Positions 25,243-33,913 of a DNA stretch of 64,000 bases are shown piece by piece. Source of the DNA: Patescibacteria group bacterium (GTDB lineage Bacteria; Patescibacteriota; JABMPQ01; JAQVVF01). A program made the translations under genes and the position numbers. The notes beneath the pieces were generated by a model, which had not been told where the DNA came from, did no database searches, and worked only from the letters and a program-made list of their open reading frames with translations. Numbering within the stretch: the first letter of the stretch is position 1; the number at the start of each line of letters is the position of its first letter. The stretch covers positions 513,511 through 577,510 of the forward strand of contig JBAZSC010000001.1 in assembly GCA_041662665.1 (NCBI GenBank). Reading direction: 5' to 3'.

Positions 25243-28200
25243 ATGAGACAAACAGCATTAATGTTTTTGTTGTCCTTGTATTTTGTTGGTTGTATTGCAG
25301 AGTTGGCACCTGCTGATGAAAAGAATGGAAAGAATCTTTGTGATGAAAATGCACGTTGCTCTGATGGCTATACTTGTGTTTGCAACATGAATAATCATTC
25401 CAAGATTTGCGTGAAGAATCCGAATGCTGAAATGATTTTGGCAAACAAGTCTACTGTCTGTGAAGAGACTATGTCTGACACCGGACCCGATGCTGAAGCT
25501 GACGCCGAAGTTGGAACAAGCGCTGATATCGACGCTGATTCTAACGCTGAAGCGGACGCTGAAGTCGGAACGCCTGATGAAGATTCGACGACTGATACAG
25601 ATGCCAACGCTTCTACCGATGTCGAGCCTGATGAAGGCAACGATGTTGGTAATGACGCTCAGCCTGATGTCTCGCCTGACAATGGAACCGATCTCGGTTC
25701 TGATGTCGGTGAAGATGTTCCTTGTATTCCCGCAACCGAAATCTGTGATGGCGTTGACAATGACTGCGATAGCTATACTGACGAAGATTTCAACAATCTG
25801 AATCAGTCCTGTTCTGTCGGACTCGGTTTGTGTGAGAACGAAGGCGTTTACGTTTGTAGTACCGATAGAAGCACAACTGTTTGTAATGTTGCAGCTTTTC
25901 AAGCTTATCCTGAAGAATGTGATGACATGGACAACGACTGCGATGGCCAAACTGACGAAGATTTGGTTGGCTGTTGCGACGTTGACGCTGTTCAGGAATG
26001 CGGATCTGATGTTGGGGAATGTGTGAAGGGCGAGATGACTTGTCAGGAAGATGGCAGTTGGGGCGACTGTGAAAACGCTGTTGGTCCGACTGTTGATCTT
26101 TGCGACAGTCTTGACAATGACTGTGATGGCGCAACTGACGAGGATTTTCTGAATCGAGGGATGGAATGCCAGATTGGTCAAGGCAACTGTCTTTCTAATG
26201 GCAATTATGCTTGTACTGAAGATATGTTTGGAACTTTCTGTGCAGCTCTGATCATCCAGCCGTCCAATGAGGCTTGCGATCAGCAGGATAATGACTGCGA
26301 TGGCGCAACTGATGAGGACTTGGTTGGATGTTGCGAGCCTAACGATCAGGTCGAATGCGGATCCGCTGTCGGCGAATGCCGTAAGGGTCACAAGACTTGT
26401 TCGATTGATGGTGTGTGGAGCGAATGTCTTGAAGAAGTGAAGCCAATGGCTGAACTTTGTGATGGCAAGGATAACAACTGCGACGGTCAGACAGATGAAA
26501 CCTTTGCTAATCTGAACAGCGAATGTCAGATTGGGCGTGGTGAATGTCTGTCGATTGGTCGCATGACTTGCGGTGTTGATCAGCAGTCAACGTCTTGTAA
26601 TGCAGATATCCTCACCGGCAACGATGAGATCTGTGATAACAAAGATAATGACTGCGATGGCGATGTTGACGAAAATCTGCTGCGTGAATGTGGCAGTGAC
26701 GTCGGTGAATGTGAGATCGGTATCCAATCTTGTTTTGCTGGTGGCTGGCTTGCCTGCGAAGGTGAGATTCAGTCGAGCGACGAGATTTGTGATAACCTTG
26801 ATAACAATTGCGACGGTAATACAGATGAAGGTTTCAACATCAACGATCAATGCTTTGAAGGTCTTGGCGAATGCCAGGCTGAAGGCGTGATCGTTTGTGT
26901 TGATGAGAATATGAGTGCTTGCAATGCAGTTGTCGGTCAGCAGTCGGAAGAGACATGCGATGGCTTGGACAACGATTGCGATGGCAATACAGATGAAGAG
27001 TTGGAAAATTGTTGTATTCCTGATACCATTTCCGAATGCGGTATTGACACTGGCGAATGTGTGAAGGGAACTTCCACTTGCCAGGCAGACCGTACTTGGG
27101 GTTGGTGTTTGGATGCAACTGGACCATCGGATGAAATCTGCGATGGATTGGATAACAACTGCGATGGCGAAACAGACGAAGGTTTGACTGGTTGTTGCTC
27201 ACCTTCCGTTTCTCGCAACTGCGGATCTGATGTGGGCGAATGCTCTCATGGGACGCAGATTTGCTGGGAAAGCCGTGAGTGGGGCGAATGCCAGAATCAG
27301 ACTTTGCCTGCAAATGAAATCTGCGATGGACTTGACAATGACTGCGATGGCCAGACAGACAATGGATTCGACCTCATGGCTGAAGCCAATAACTGCGGCC
27401 AATGCAATTATGTTTGTGGCAGTCAGGGGACAGTGAGTACTACTTGCGAAGCAGGTGAGTGCGTTCTGACGTGCAGCCGCTTCCGAGTTGATTTGAACAC
27501 TGATCCGACTGACGGCTGTGAATGTGAAGTCACCAATTGCGGTGTGGAAATCTGCGATCAGGTGGACAACGATTGTGATGGTGCAATTGACGAAGACTGT
27601 GATTCTCTCGTCATGTACCTGAGCTTCGATGGACACATGAATGATGGATCTACCAATGCCAACAACGCTCTCAACCATGGCGCCACTTACACTGCTGATG
27701 CAGTTTGTGGCCAGGCAGCATCGTTCGACGGAGTCGACGATTATGCCGAAGTGGCTGATAGCGTGAGCATGGATTCGATTGTGAATGAGTTTACGATTTG
27801 CGTTTCAGCAAATGTGACTGATTACGAAAGAGGTGATGTTGTATTCTCAAAGTTTAGGCTGCAACCAGCACTTGGAATCGAATGGAACGATGTAACTATG
27901 GAAAACAACTGGACATTCTTTTTAAACCGAGTAAAGCTTGCTCAGGGAAGAACTGTTAATGTGAATCAGTGGATTACTTTCTGTGGGAAATTCAAGCAAG
28001 GAGTTTTTACTGCATACATTGATGGCGAACAAATTTGGCAAGGTAATGCTCAAAACCCAGTTGGCGGTATTACCTATATTGGGTCTAACGATATGCCACC
28101 AGCCAAGAACAGCCACACAAAGATTGATGAGACTACATTTTATAACGTTGCACTTTCCGATGAGGAAATCCAGCACTACTTTGAAATCATGAAACGCTAG
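25243..28200 (+). CDS. Large secreted (lipo)protein with 11 MopE-like/TSP3-like Cys-rich Ca-binding repeats (CDGxDNDCDGxTDE) and a C-terminal LamG/concanavalin-A-like domain
   Basis: Strong SD, signal peptide with ...YFVGC. N-terminal acidic DAEADAEVGT repeats. Eleven copies of C-D-x-x-D-N-D-C-D-G-x-x-D-E alternate with two types of Cys-knot-like spacers. C-terminal LSFDG...DGSTNANNALNHGAT...ASFDGVDDYAEV is the LamG_3 signature. GC about 45-50%. Confidence 0.7.
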   Translation: MRQTALMFLLSLYFVGCIAELAPADEKNGKNLCDENARCSDGYTCVCNMNNHSKICVKNPNAEMILANKSTVCEETMSDTGPDAEADAEVGTSADIDADSNAEADAEVGTPDEDSTTDTDANASTDVEPDEGNDVGNDAQPDVSPDNGTDLGSDVGEDVPCIPATEICDGVDNDCDSYTDEDFNNLNQSCSVGLGLCENEGVYVCSTDRSTTVCNVAAFQAYPEECDDMDNDCDGQTDEDLVGCCDVDAVQECGSDVGECVKGEMTCQEDGSWGDCENAVGPTVDLCDSLDNDCDGATDEDFLNRGMECQIGQGNCLSNGNYACTEDMFGTFCAALIIQPSNEACDQQDNDCDGATDEDLVGCCEPNDQVECGSAVGECRKGHKTCSIDGVWSECLEEVKPMAELCDGKDNNCDGQTDETFANLNSECQIGRGECLSIGRMTCGVDQQSTSCNADILTGNDEICDNKDNDCDGDVDENLLRECGSDVGECEIGIQSCFAGGWLACEGEIQSSDEICDNLDNNCDGNTDEGFNINDQCFEGLGECQAEGVIVCVDENMSACNAVVGQQSEETCDGLDNDCDGNTDEELENCCIPDTISECGIDTGECVKGTSTCQADRTWGWCLDATGPSDEICDGLDNNCDGETDEGLTGCCSPSVSRNCGSDVGECSHGTQICWESREWGECQNQTLPANEICDGLDNDCDGQTDNGFDLMAEANNCGQCNYVCGSQGTVSTTCEAGECVLTCSRFRVDLNTDPTDGCECEVTNCGVEICDQVDNDCDGAIDEDCDSLVMYLSFDGHMNDGSTNANNALNHGATYTADAVCGQAASFDGVDDYAEVADSVSMDSIVNEFTICVSANVTDYERGDVVFSKFRLQPALGIEWNDVTMENNWTFFLNRVKLAQGRTVNVNQWITFCGKFKQGVFTAYIDGEQIWQGNAQNPVGGITYIGSNDMPPAKNSHTKIDETTFYNVALSDEEIQHYFEIMKR

Positions 28201-28210
28201 CACTTTTTTT

Positions 28211-28237
28211 ACCACAGATTTTTCTGTGGTTTTTTTG
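28211..28237 (+). terminator. Intrinsic terminator
   Basis: ACCACAGA-TTTT-TCTGTGGT hairpin followed by T6. Confidence 0.7.
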
Positions 28238-28240
28238 TAC

Positions 28241-28275
28241 AAAATAAAAACTTCCTTGCATATTTAGCAAGGAAG
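28241..28275 (-). terminator. Intrinsic terminator for the minus-strand gene 28295..29029
   Basis: CTTCCTTGC-N7-GCAAGGAAG hairpin, T-run on the minus strand. Confidence 0.65.
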
Positions 28276-28294
28276 TAAAACAAATAATATTAAA

Positions 28295-29029
28295 TTAATA
28301 AACAGTTAGATAAAATCCTGTAGGATCTGAACCTGCACCAGTATCATCATAAAAATCAATCGTAACCGATGTTGTACCAACAGACCTAATAACAGCAAAT
28401 AAACTTGTACCAGAAATAAGAGGAGTAACATTAAAATAATTAGAAGAAATATTTGTTGTTGCTCCAAAATCAACTGTATATCTTCCAGCTGTTGAATTAT
28501 AGCTAGGCGTTATTGTTGTTCCATTAGCTAGTTTGTTAAATTGGGTGGCTGCTGTTGGAGTAGAGGGAGTCGAAGTGTTAATATACGCTGCCGCCTTTAC
28601 AACTCCATCCATAGAAAAATCCATTTTATCACCAGTTACAGAAGCACTTTGCAAATTACCAGAAGTTATAGTTTCGCTAGCAATTTTATTTCCAGTTACA
28701 GCGCCTTCGCCAATTTTTCCATTTGTAACAACACCAGTTCCAAGATTATCAGCACCAACAATATTGCTACCTTGCAAAATTCCGCCAACTTTGACATTTC
28801 CTTGAACTTTCAAATGATCCTTGATATAAACTTTTTTGCCTTTGACAGGATTTCTGATAAAACCTTTTACTAACAATTGTCCTTTATTGCTGTTTGTTCC
28901 AACAGTCAATGTTTTTTTTACTAGACCAGTATCAATGGTCCAGACAGATGCTGCGCTTGCAAAAGCAGTTGTAAACAACAACGCGCTTCCTAAAACAAGC
29001 GACAACCCTAAAAATCTTTTTTGTTTCAT
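28295..29029 (-). CDS. Secreted Gly/Thr/Val-rich repeat protein (beta-helix or fiber-like)
   Basis: Signal peptide, repeated G.V.TG.KI..G motifs, 244 aa. Confidence 0.5.
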   Translation of the reverse strand: MKQKRFLGLSLVLGSALLFTTAFASAASVWTIDTGLVKKTLTVGTNSNKGQLLVKGFIRNPVKGKKVYIKDHLKVQGNVKVGGILQGSNIVGADNLGTGVVTNGKIGEGAVTGNKIASETITSGNLQSASVTGDKMDFSMDGVVKAAAYINTSTPSTPTAATQFNKLANGTTITPSYNSTAGRYTVDFGATTNISSNYFNVTPLISGTSLFAVIRSVGTTSVTIDFYDDTGAGSDPTGFYLTVY

Positions 29030-29080
29030 TTGTTTGTATTAATTATTTTTTAAATTTATAAGTAATTTTAATTAATTTTT

Positions 29081-29131
29081 ATGCGTAAATTCTGCGTTTT
29101 CTGCGTTCGATTCTGCGTTAGTCTGCGTTAT
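29081..29131. repeat. Five tandem direct repeats of about 10 bp (..TCTGCGTT..) in the promoter region of the minus-strand gene 28295..29029
   Basis: ATGCGTAAAT TCTGCGTTTT CTGCGTTCGAT TCTGCGTTAG TCTGCGTTAT. Confidence 0.6.
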
Positions 29132-29200
29132 AACAAATTAAATATTACGAATTGTGCTTAATTTTTCAGCCTTTGTAATTAATTAGCACTTCTTATCAAT

Positions 29201-29785
29201 TTATGATTTAAGCTCAATAGTTGGAAAAGCTTTTATTTTACTAATCTTTTCATACTCGATATCACTTAGAATTCGATGACCTTTTAAAGTATCAACTAAA
29301 ACAATTATTTTTTCATCTAACTTTCTAATAATCAAAATAACATCACCCTTTGCAGAATCAATTTTATTGATCAAAGATTCTTCAACATGATCAATTTTAT
29401 TTGTTAATTCTTTTTTAATACCATCAACTTTAATATTTAATATTTCTAAATCTTCTTTTGTTGCGGTCTCTTCAAAACCTTTTGCAACCATTAATGCAAG
29501 TTCTGAAATTTTTTTATCGAATTTTTTATCAAGTCTTTTTTCTTGTTGATTAAAACCAATATCCATTTTTTTATCAAGTCTTTTTTCTTGTTGATTAAAA
29601 CCAATATCCATTTTTTTATCAAGTCTTTTTTCTTGTTCTTTAAAACCACTATCCATTTTTACGGATAATTTTTCAAACTTTGTAGATATCTTTTCAACCT
29701 TTGTAGATATCTTTTCAACTTTTGTGCCAAGCTTTTCAATCAATTTGGCCAAATCATTAATTGTAATTTCTTTTTTTATTTTCAT
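29201..29785 (-). CDS. Coiled-coil protein with perfect in-frame tandem DNA repeats (45 bp in 3 copies; 21 bp in 3 copies)
   Basis: Two perfect copies plus one variant of a 45-bp unit at about 29522-29655 encode FNQQEKRLDKKMDIG. A 21-bp unit at about 29668-29740 encodes KVEKIST. The internal Met (MKIKKE) is preferred as start. Confidence 0.5.
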   Translation of the reverse strand: MKIKKEITINDLAKLIEKLGTKVEKISTKVEKISTKFEKLSVKMDSGFKEQEKRLDKKMDIGFNQQEKRLDKKMDIGFNQQEKRLDKKFDKKISELALMVAKGFEETATKEDLEILNIKVDGIKKELTNKIDHVEESLINKIDSAKGDVILIIRKLDEKIIVLVDTLKGHRILSDIEYEKISKIKAFPTIELKS

Positions 29786-29863
29786 GAATTCAAAAATTTT
29801 ATCACCAAAATTATAACACATTTTTTCTAAGTCAACAAATATACTGTTGATAATAAATCAAAG

Positions 29864-29892
29864 TTGACAAATATCAATTTTAAAAGTATTAT
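29864..29892 (+). promoter_or_regulatory. sigma70-like promoter: TTGACA, 17-nt spacer, TATTAT
   Basis: Upstream of the lipoprotein gene 29935; SD ACAGGAGGGAAG. Confidence 0.55.
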
Positions 29893-29934
29893 ATATAAAT
29901 CGTACCTTGCCAAAAAGAGAACAGGAGGGAAGAG

Positions 29935-30864
29935 ATGAAAAGGGAAATGACATTAGTTATTTTATTGTCAATTTTGCTTGCATCTTGTATGAGCTATCCA
30001 GAAAGAATCAAGGCTTACACAACCGGCAATCCTGGAAAGCCATTTAGAGTCTTAGGCAGTGCTGAAGCAACATATATTCCCCAAGGATATTCCAAAAAAG
30101 TTGCGCCTGGTCTGAAAAGCTATGAAAGAAATTATGAAAAATATGGCGACACAAAAACTCATGTCAGCAGCTATAATTTGGAAGCTCCGCCTGATTTGAA
30201 GCCTGATTATCAAGAAGCAAATCGACTGATGCTCATCATGGCCTATCGTCAATATGGATCAATTCTTGCTGCAGTTGTTAATGTTCGTTATTCAACTTCC
30301 AAAGAATATTATGCAGAAGGTGGTAAGGTTGATACCAATTTACAACGAATGCGCGTGAAAGCTTCTGGCACAGCTGTCTGTTTTATTGATCGGCAAAACA
30401 AATGCATTGCCTATGATGATGATTCTGTAATTGAAGAAGAGTCTACAGCAGTTGCTTCAATTCCAAAAGAAAAGCCAGTTGCAATGAATGATTCACCAGG
30501 AGAAAAGTTGCTTGTTTCTCGAAATATTTTAGGAAGTGATTTGCTATCAACCAAAACTGATACTGATACAAAGAGACATTCAAAAGGATTCAAGAAAGGA
30601 TATTTTTACGATTATGATTTATTTTCGATTAGAATTATGGAATTCAAAACTCCCAAAATTGCAAAAAGTTATCTTGAATCTCTGGGTAAAAAGCCAAATG
30701 CCAAAAGAGTCAACGAAGGATTCTATTGGCTTAGTCAACAAGATTCTGAACAAACTTCGTACCTAGTATATCTGCTTGATCCGACAAAAGTTGTTGCTAT
30801 TTATCCTGCTGATAAGAGCTTAAGTACAGCTGCAAAAATTTCAGCTGAGTTGGAAAAGAAATAA
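29935..30864 (+). CDS. Lipoprotein, hypothetical
   Basis: Signal peptide with lipobox LLASC; strong SD. Confidence 0.55.
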   Translation: MKREMTLVILLSILLASCMSYPERIKAYTTGNPGKPFRVLGSAEATYIPQGYSKKVAPGLKSYERNYEKYGDTKTHVSSYNLEAPPDLKPDYQEANRLMLIMAYRQYGSILAAVVNVRYSTSKEYYAEGGKVDTNLQRMRVKASGTAVCFIDRQNKCIAYDDDSVIEEESTAVASIPKEKPVAMNDSPGEKLLVSRNILGSDLLSTKTDTDTKRHSKGFKKGYFYDYDLFSIRIMEFKTPKIAKSYLESLGKKPNAKRVNEGFYWLSQQDSEQTSYLVYLLDPTKVVAIYPADKSLSTAAKISAELEKK

Positions 30865-30883
30865 TGTTCTATTTTTAGTCTCA

Positions 30884-30909
30884 ATCGAAGAAAGTCTTCG
30901 ATTTTTTAT
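30884..30909 (+). terminator. Intrinsic terminator
   Basis: ATCGAAGA-AAG-TCTTCGAT hairpin followed by T6. Confidence 0.7.
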
Positions 30910-30913
30910 TTTA

Positions 30914-30943
30914 AAATAAAAAAAACCGAAGAAAATCTTCGGT
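30914..30943 (-). terminator. Intrinsic terminator (minus strand)
   Basis: ACCGAAGA-AAA-TCTTCGGT hairpin with a T8 run on the minus strand. Confidence 0.7.
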
Positions 30944-30949
30944 AGAATC

Positions 30950-32053
30950 TTACTCCTTTTCGAGCTCTTGATTGATATATCCAGAGCCATCTGAAGCTTC
31001 AAAAACACGAGGAAGACTATTCCAATCCCAATCATAAGTAAATGTCTTAAAGCCAGGCTTTTTGATTTCAATTTTAAATGGATAACTAGGCAAATTATCA
31101 AGAGTTAATTCAGCAGAATCACCAGGTTTCACAGATTTCAAAACGCCACGTCTTTCACCACTTATAAATACTTCTGAATCTTCTTGCCCGATAAAATCAA
31201 TCCTTCGCACTTTCTCAACTTTCTTACTTCTTGTAACATACTTTTTCTGATCACTATCATAATAATTAAAATATTTCGTTACAGAACCACCACCTGAACT
31301 ATCCGTTGTGACGAGCATTGGAAAATTGCCATCCGTATTTGGCTGAACGTCCTTGATTGATGGCGCGCTTTCGAAAATCATTTTCGGTGATTCATCGACA
31401 ATTGACCACAGATTAGAATAACAATTGCCAGATCTTGCATGGCAAGTATCTGAAACTAGCACTTCATCAATTCCATCACTATTCAAATCTTTCACTTCAG
31501 AGATTCCGCAATTATCCATGCTGTTTTCTTCATCACAATTATGATGTTTGCAATAGCAAGAAGCTAATGCAGTTTCCTTCAGTGCAGTTTCTAGATTCGT
31601 CTTTCTAATTGCTTTGAAATCTTCTGATTCTGGACAATTGGCATCAACTTCAACTGAAATGTTCCGCAGTTTGAAGCCTTCATCGAAAATTTCATAAGAC
31701 AATGTCAAACATTGCTGATAAATGAAAACACCAGGTCTGCGACCAGCAACGCCATCTTCAAAATTACCTGCAAAAGTAAGGAGAGAATTTCTAGACTCTT
31801 TGGGCGTGCATGTATTATTCACAGAAATTCTCACTTTGATTTCAGCTTTTTCATCACGCGTCAACTTTTCAATCTGTTCGGGATTTGTCAAAGTAAAAGT
31901 GCAATTCAAGTTTCCAGATGAAAATCTTCTAGCCAAATTAATATAATACAAATTCACATCCTGCTCAATTTGTTTTTCTTCAACTTCTTTTTTGCATGAC
32001 ACTAGAGAAGAAATCGCAAGAATCGCCAGCAAAAGTGCTAGTGTTTTTCTCAT
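30950..32053 (-). CDS. Lipoprotein, hypothetical (Cys-containing extracytoplasmic protein)
   Basis: SD GAGGAGGAGG, then MRKTLALLLAILAISSLVSC lipobox. Start at 32053 is preferred over the track's 32116. Confidence 0.55.
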   Translation of the reverse strand: MRKTLALLLAILAISSLVSCKKEVEEKQIEQDVNLYYINLARRFSSGNLNCTFTLTNPEQIEKLTRDEKAEIKVRISVNNTCTPKESRNSLLTFAGNFEDGVAGRRPGVFIYQQCLTLSYEIFDEGFKLRNISVEVDANCPESEDFKAIRKTNLETALKETALASCYCKHHNCDEENSMDNCGISEVKDLNSDGIDEVLVSDTCHARSGNCYSNLWSIVDESPKMIFESAPSIKDVQPNTDGNFPMLVTTDSSGGGSVTKYFNYYDSDQKKYVTRSKKVEKVRRIDFIGQEDSEVFISGERRGVLKSVKPGDSAELTLDNLPSYPFKIEIKKPGFKTFTYDWDWNSLPRVFEASDGSGYINQELEKE

Positions 32054-32142
32054 GACTTTTTCCTCCTCCTCTCTCGTTTTTGGGAGTAAAATTTTAAAAG
32101 AACAATACCATAACATACGCTAAACTTTAAATTTTGTCAAAT

Positions 32143-32167
32143 AAAAAAAACCGAAATAAATTCGGTT
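32143..32167 (-). terminator. Intrinsic terminator (minus strand)
   Basis: AACCGAA-ATAAA-TTCGGTT hairpin with a T8 run on the minus strand. Confidence 0.7.
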
Positions 32168-32181
32168 AAAAGAGCAAAAAA

Positions 32182-33777
32182 TTACAAACAAAGTCTTAGA
32201 GGCATTCTCCCATAAGGTTGATCAAAGCTTTTGCAAGTTGTGCCAACAGGACATTCACTAAACAAATTGCAATTATCACAAGTTACTCCCAGATCTTGAC
32301 CACGATCTTTTTCCTCAAAACAAGCTTCGGTGCAAGTTCCTACAAGACATGGCAAATCAAAATCACAATCACTGTTTTGCGAACAAGGTTTGCCAATTCC
32401 ATGATTTGGCAAATCCATTTCATGAGTTGCTTTTTTCACAGCTTCCAAGACATTGATTCTTCTCCAATAATGAAAAACACCGTCAGGATAAGTAACTAGA
32501 ATTTCTGTTGCTGATTCATACATAATTCTTCTAACTTCATCAGGATTCAATTCTGGTCTTATCTCTTTCAGTAAACCAGCAAGTCCAGCAACCATTGGCG
32601 AGGCAAAAGAAGTACCTTCTCCAATTGAATAAGAATTATCAAGACCCAACAATCTTAAATCCTTTCCAGGTGCAGCCAATGTCAAAATATTAGGATCATC
32701 ATTTTGAGAAAAATTTGAAAAAGTAGTTCTATTCTCAAGACCATATTGGTCATAATAAGTTGCACCGACAGAGATAACTTCAGGATAAGCAGAAGGATAA
32801 TGGTTTGTCGCATCAATGAAAGTATTGCCTGCTGAACAAACAATGACAACGCCATGTTTGTTTGCATACACTACTGCCAAGTTCAGCATGCCCAAAGAAA
32901 AATTATTTGCTGATAAAGTATTTCCGCTATAATTTATTACCGATGCGCCTCTTTTTGTTGCCATTACAATTGCCGAAACCAGCGTTCTTATTAAACTATG
33001 GTTTTCGCCAGTATCAGGAAAAATCTTGTATGCCAGAAAATCAGCATTATATGCAATTCCATTAATTCCTGTGCCATTATTTTGAGCAAAGATAATTCCA
33101 GCAGTTGCAGTTCCATGCCCATCAGAATAATAGACATTGTTATCAGTATCAGCAAAATCATATTTTTCAACATCTAAGCCAGCAAATTCTTGATGATTCA
33201 AGTCAAAGCCATTATCCAAATCCGCAATTTTGATAGGATGAAGAGTAATACCATTTTGTTCAATGAAGTCATAAGCTTGTGCTAATTTGATTTTCTCAAA
33301 TCCCCACAGTCCAGCGTCATCTTTGCCTTCAATATCCAAACTTTCAAGCTGTACAGCATAATTCTTTTCTGCCAATTCGACATTATAATTAGCGAGCAAT
33401 GTATCAATCTTTTGTTCAATTTCTTCAATGGAATTGCAATCAAACTTTAATTCATAAATATTTAAATCAGGAATGAATGCCGATATTTTTGCATCAACAA
33501 TTCCAAGAACAATTTCAATGCCAGAAATGCTCACATCATCCTTGAATTTGACAAGCAACGTGTTAGTTGAAGCAATATTTCCATCAGAATCAACAACATT
33601 TAAATTTATATCAATTGGTGTCAGATAAAAATCTTCAACTTGCCAAATTACACTTTCGCAATAACTATCATCACAAAGCTTCTTTGCTGTTTCAGTGCCA
33701 GTGAATTTACTTTCTTCATCTGAATCAGTACAAGCAATCATTAAAAAGGCTAGGCAGAGCAAACTGGTGTTTCGCAT
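32182..33777 (-). CDS. Subtilisin-like serine peptidase (S8 family) lipoprotein with Cys-rich C-terminal extension
   Basis: Lipobox FLMIAC. Catalytic HGTATAGII (His) and GTSFASPMVAG (Ser) motifs. C-terminal region with 14 Cys. Confidence 0.8.
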   Translation of the reverse strand: MRNTSLLCLAFLMIACTDSDEESKFTGTETAKKLCDDSYCESVIWQVEDFYLTPIDINLNVVDSDGNIASTNTLLVKFKDDVSISGIEIVLGIVDAKISAFIPDLNIYELKFDCNSIEEIEQKIDTLLANYNVELAEKNYAVQLESLDIEGKDDAGLWGFEKIKLAQAYDFIEQNGITLHPIKIADLDNGFDLNHQEFAGLDVEKYDFADTDNNVYYSDGHGTATAGIIFAQNNGTGINGIAYNADFLAYKIFPDTGENHSLIRTLVSAIVMATKRGASVINYSGNTLSANNFSLGMLNLAVVYANKHGVVIVCSAGNTFIDATNHYPSAYPEVISVGATYYDQYGLENRTTFSNFSQNDDPNILTLAAPGKDLRLLGLDNSYSIGEGTSFASPMVAGLAGLLKEIRPELNPDEVRRIMYESATEILVTYPDGVFHYWRRINVLEAVKKATHEMDLPNHGIGKPCSQNSDCDFDLPCLVGTCTEACFEEKDRGQDLGVTCDNCNLFSECPVGTTCKSFDQPYGRMPLRLCL

Positions 33778-33865
33778 CTTTTTCCTCCTTCTTGGTCATT
33801 AACCTAGAATTTGTAATGAGCTAACCAAAAATATAATTAAATAATATAACATAAAAATATAAATT

Positions 33866-33896
33866 TGTAAAACAAAAACGGGATTTTAGCCCGTTT
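33866..33896 (-). terminator. Intrinsic terminator (minus strand)
   Basis: AAACGGG-N7-CCCGTTT hairpin with a T-rich tract on the minus strand. Confidence 0.55.
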
Positions 33897-33913
33897 CTTA
33901 GATTTAAATTAAT

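Noticed and set aside
25258-27678. Minus-strand and alternative-frame ORFs inside the 25243..28200 gene (25258..26391, 25790..26134, 26840..27313, 27199..27678 and others).
   Set aside because: They are embedded in the coherent 985-aa reading frame, whose repeats are periodic at protein level. They are antisense or frame-shifted products of repetitive GAT/GAC-rich DNA.
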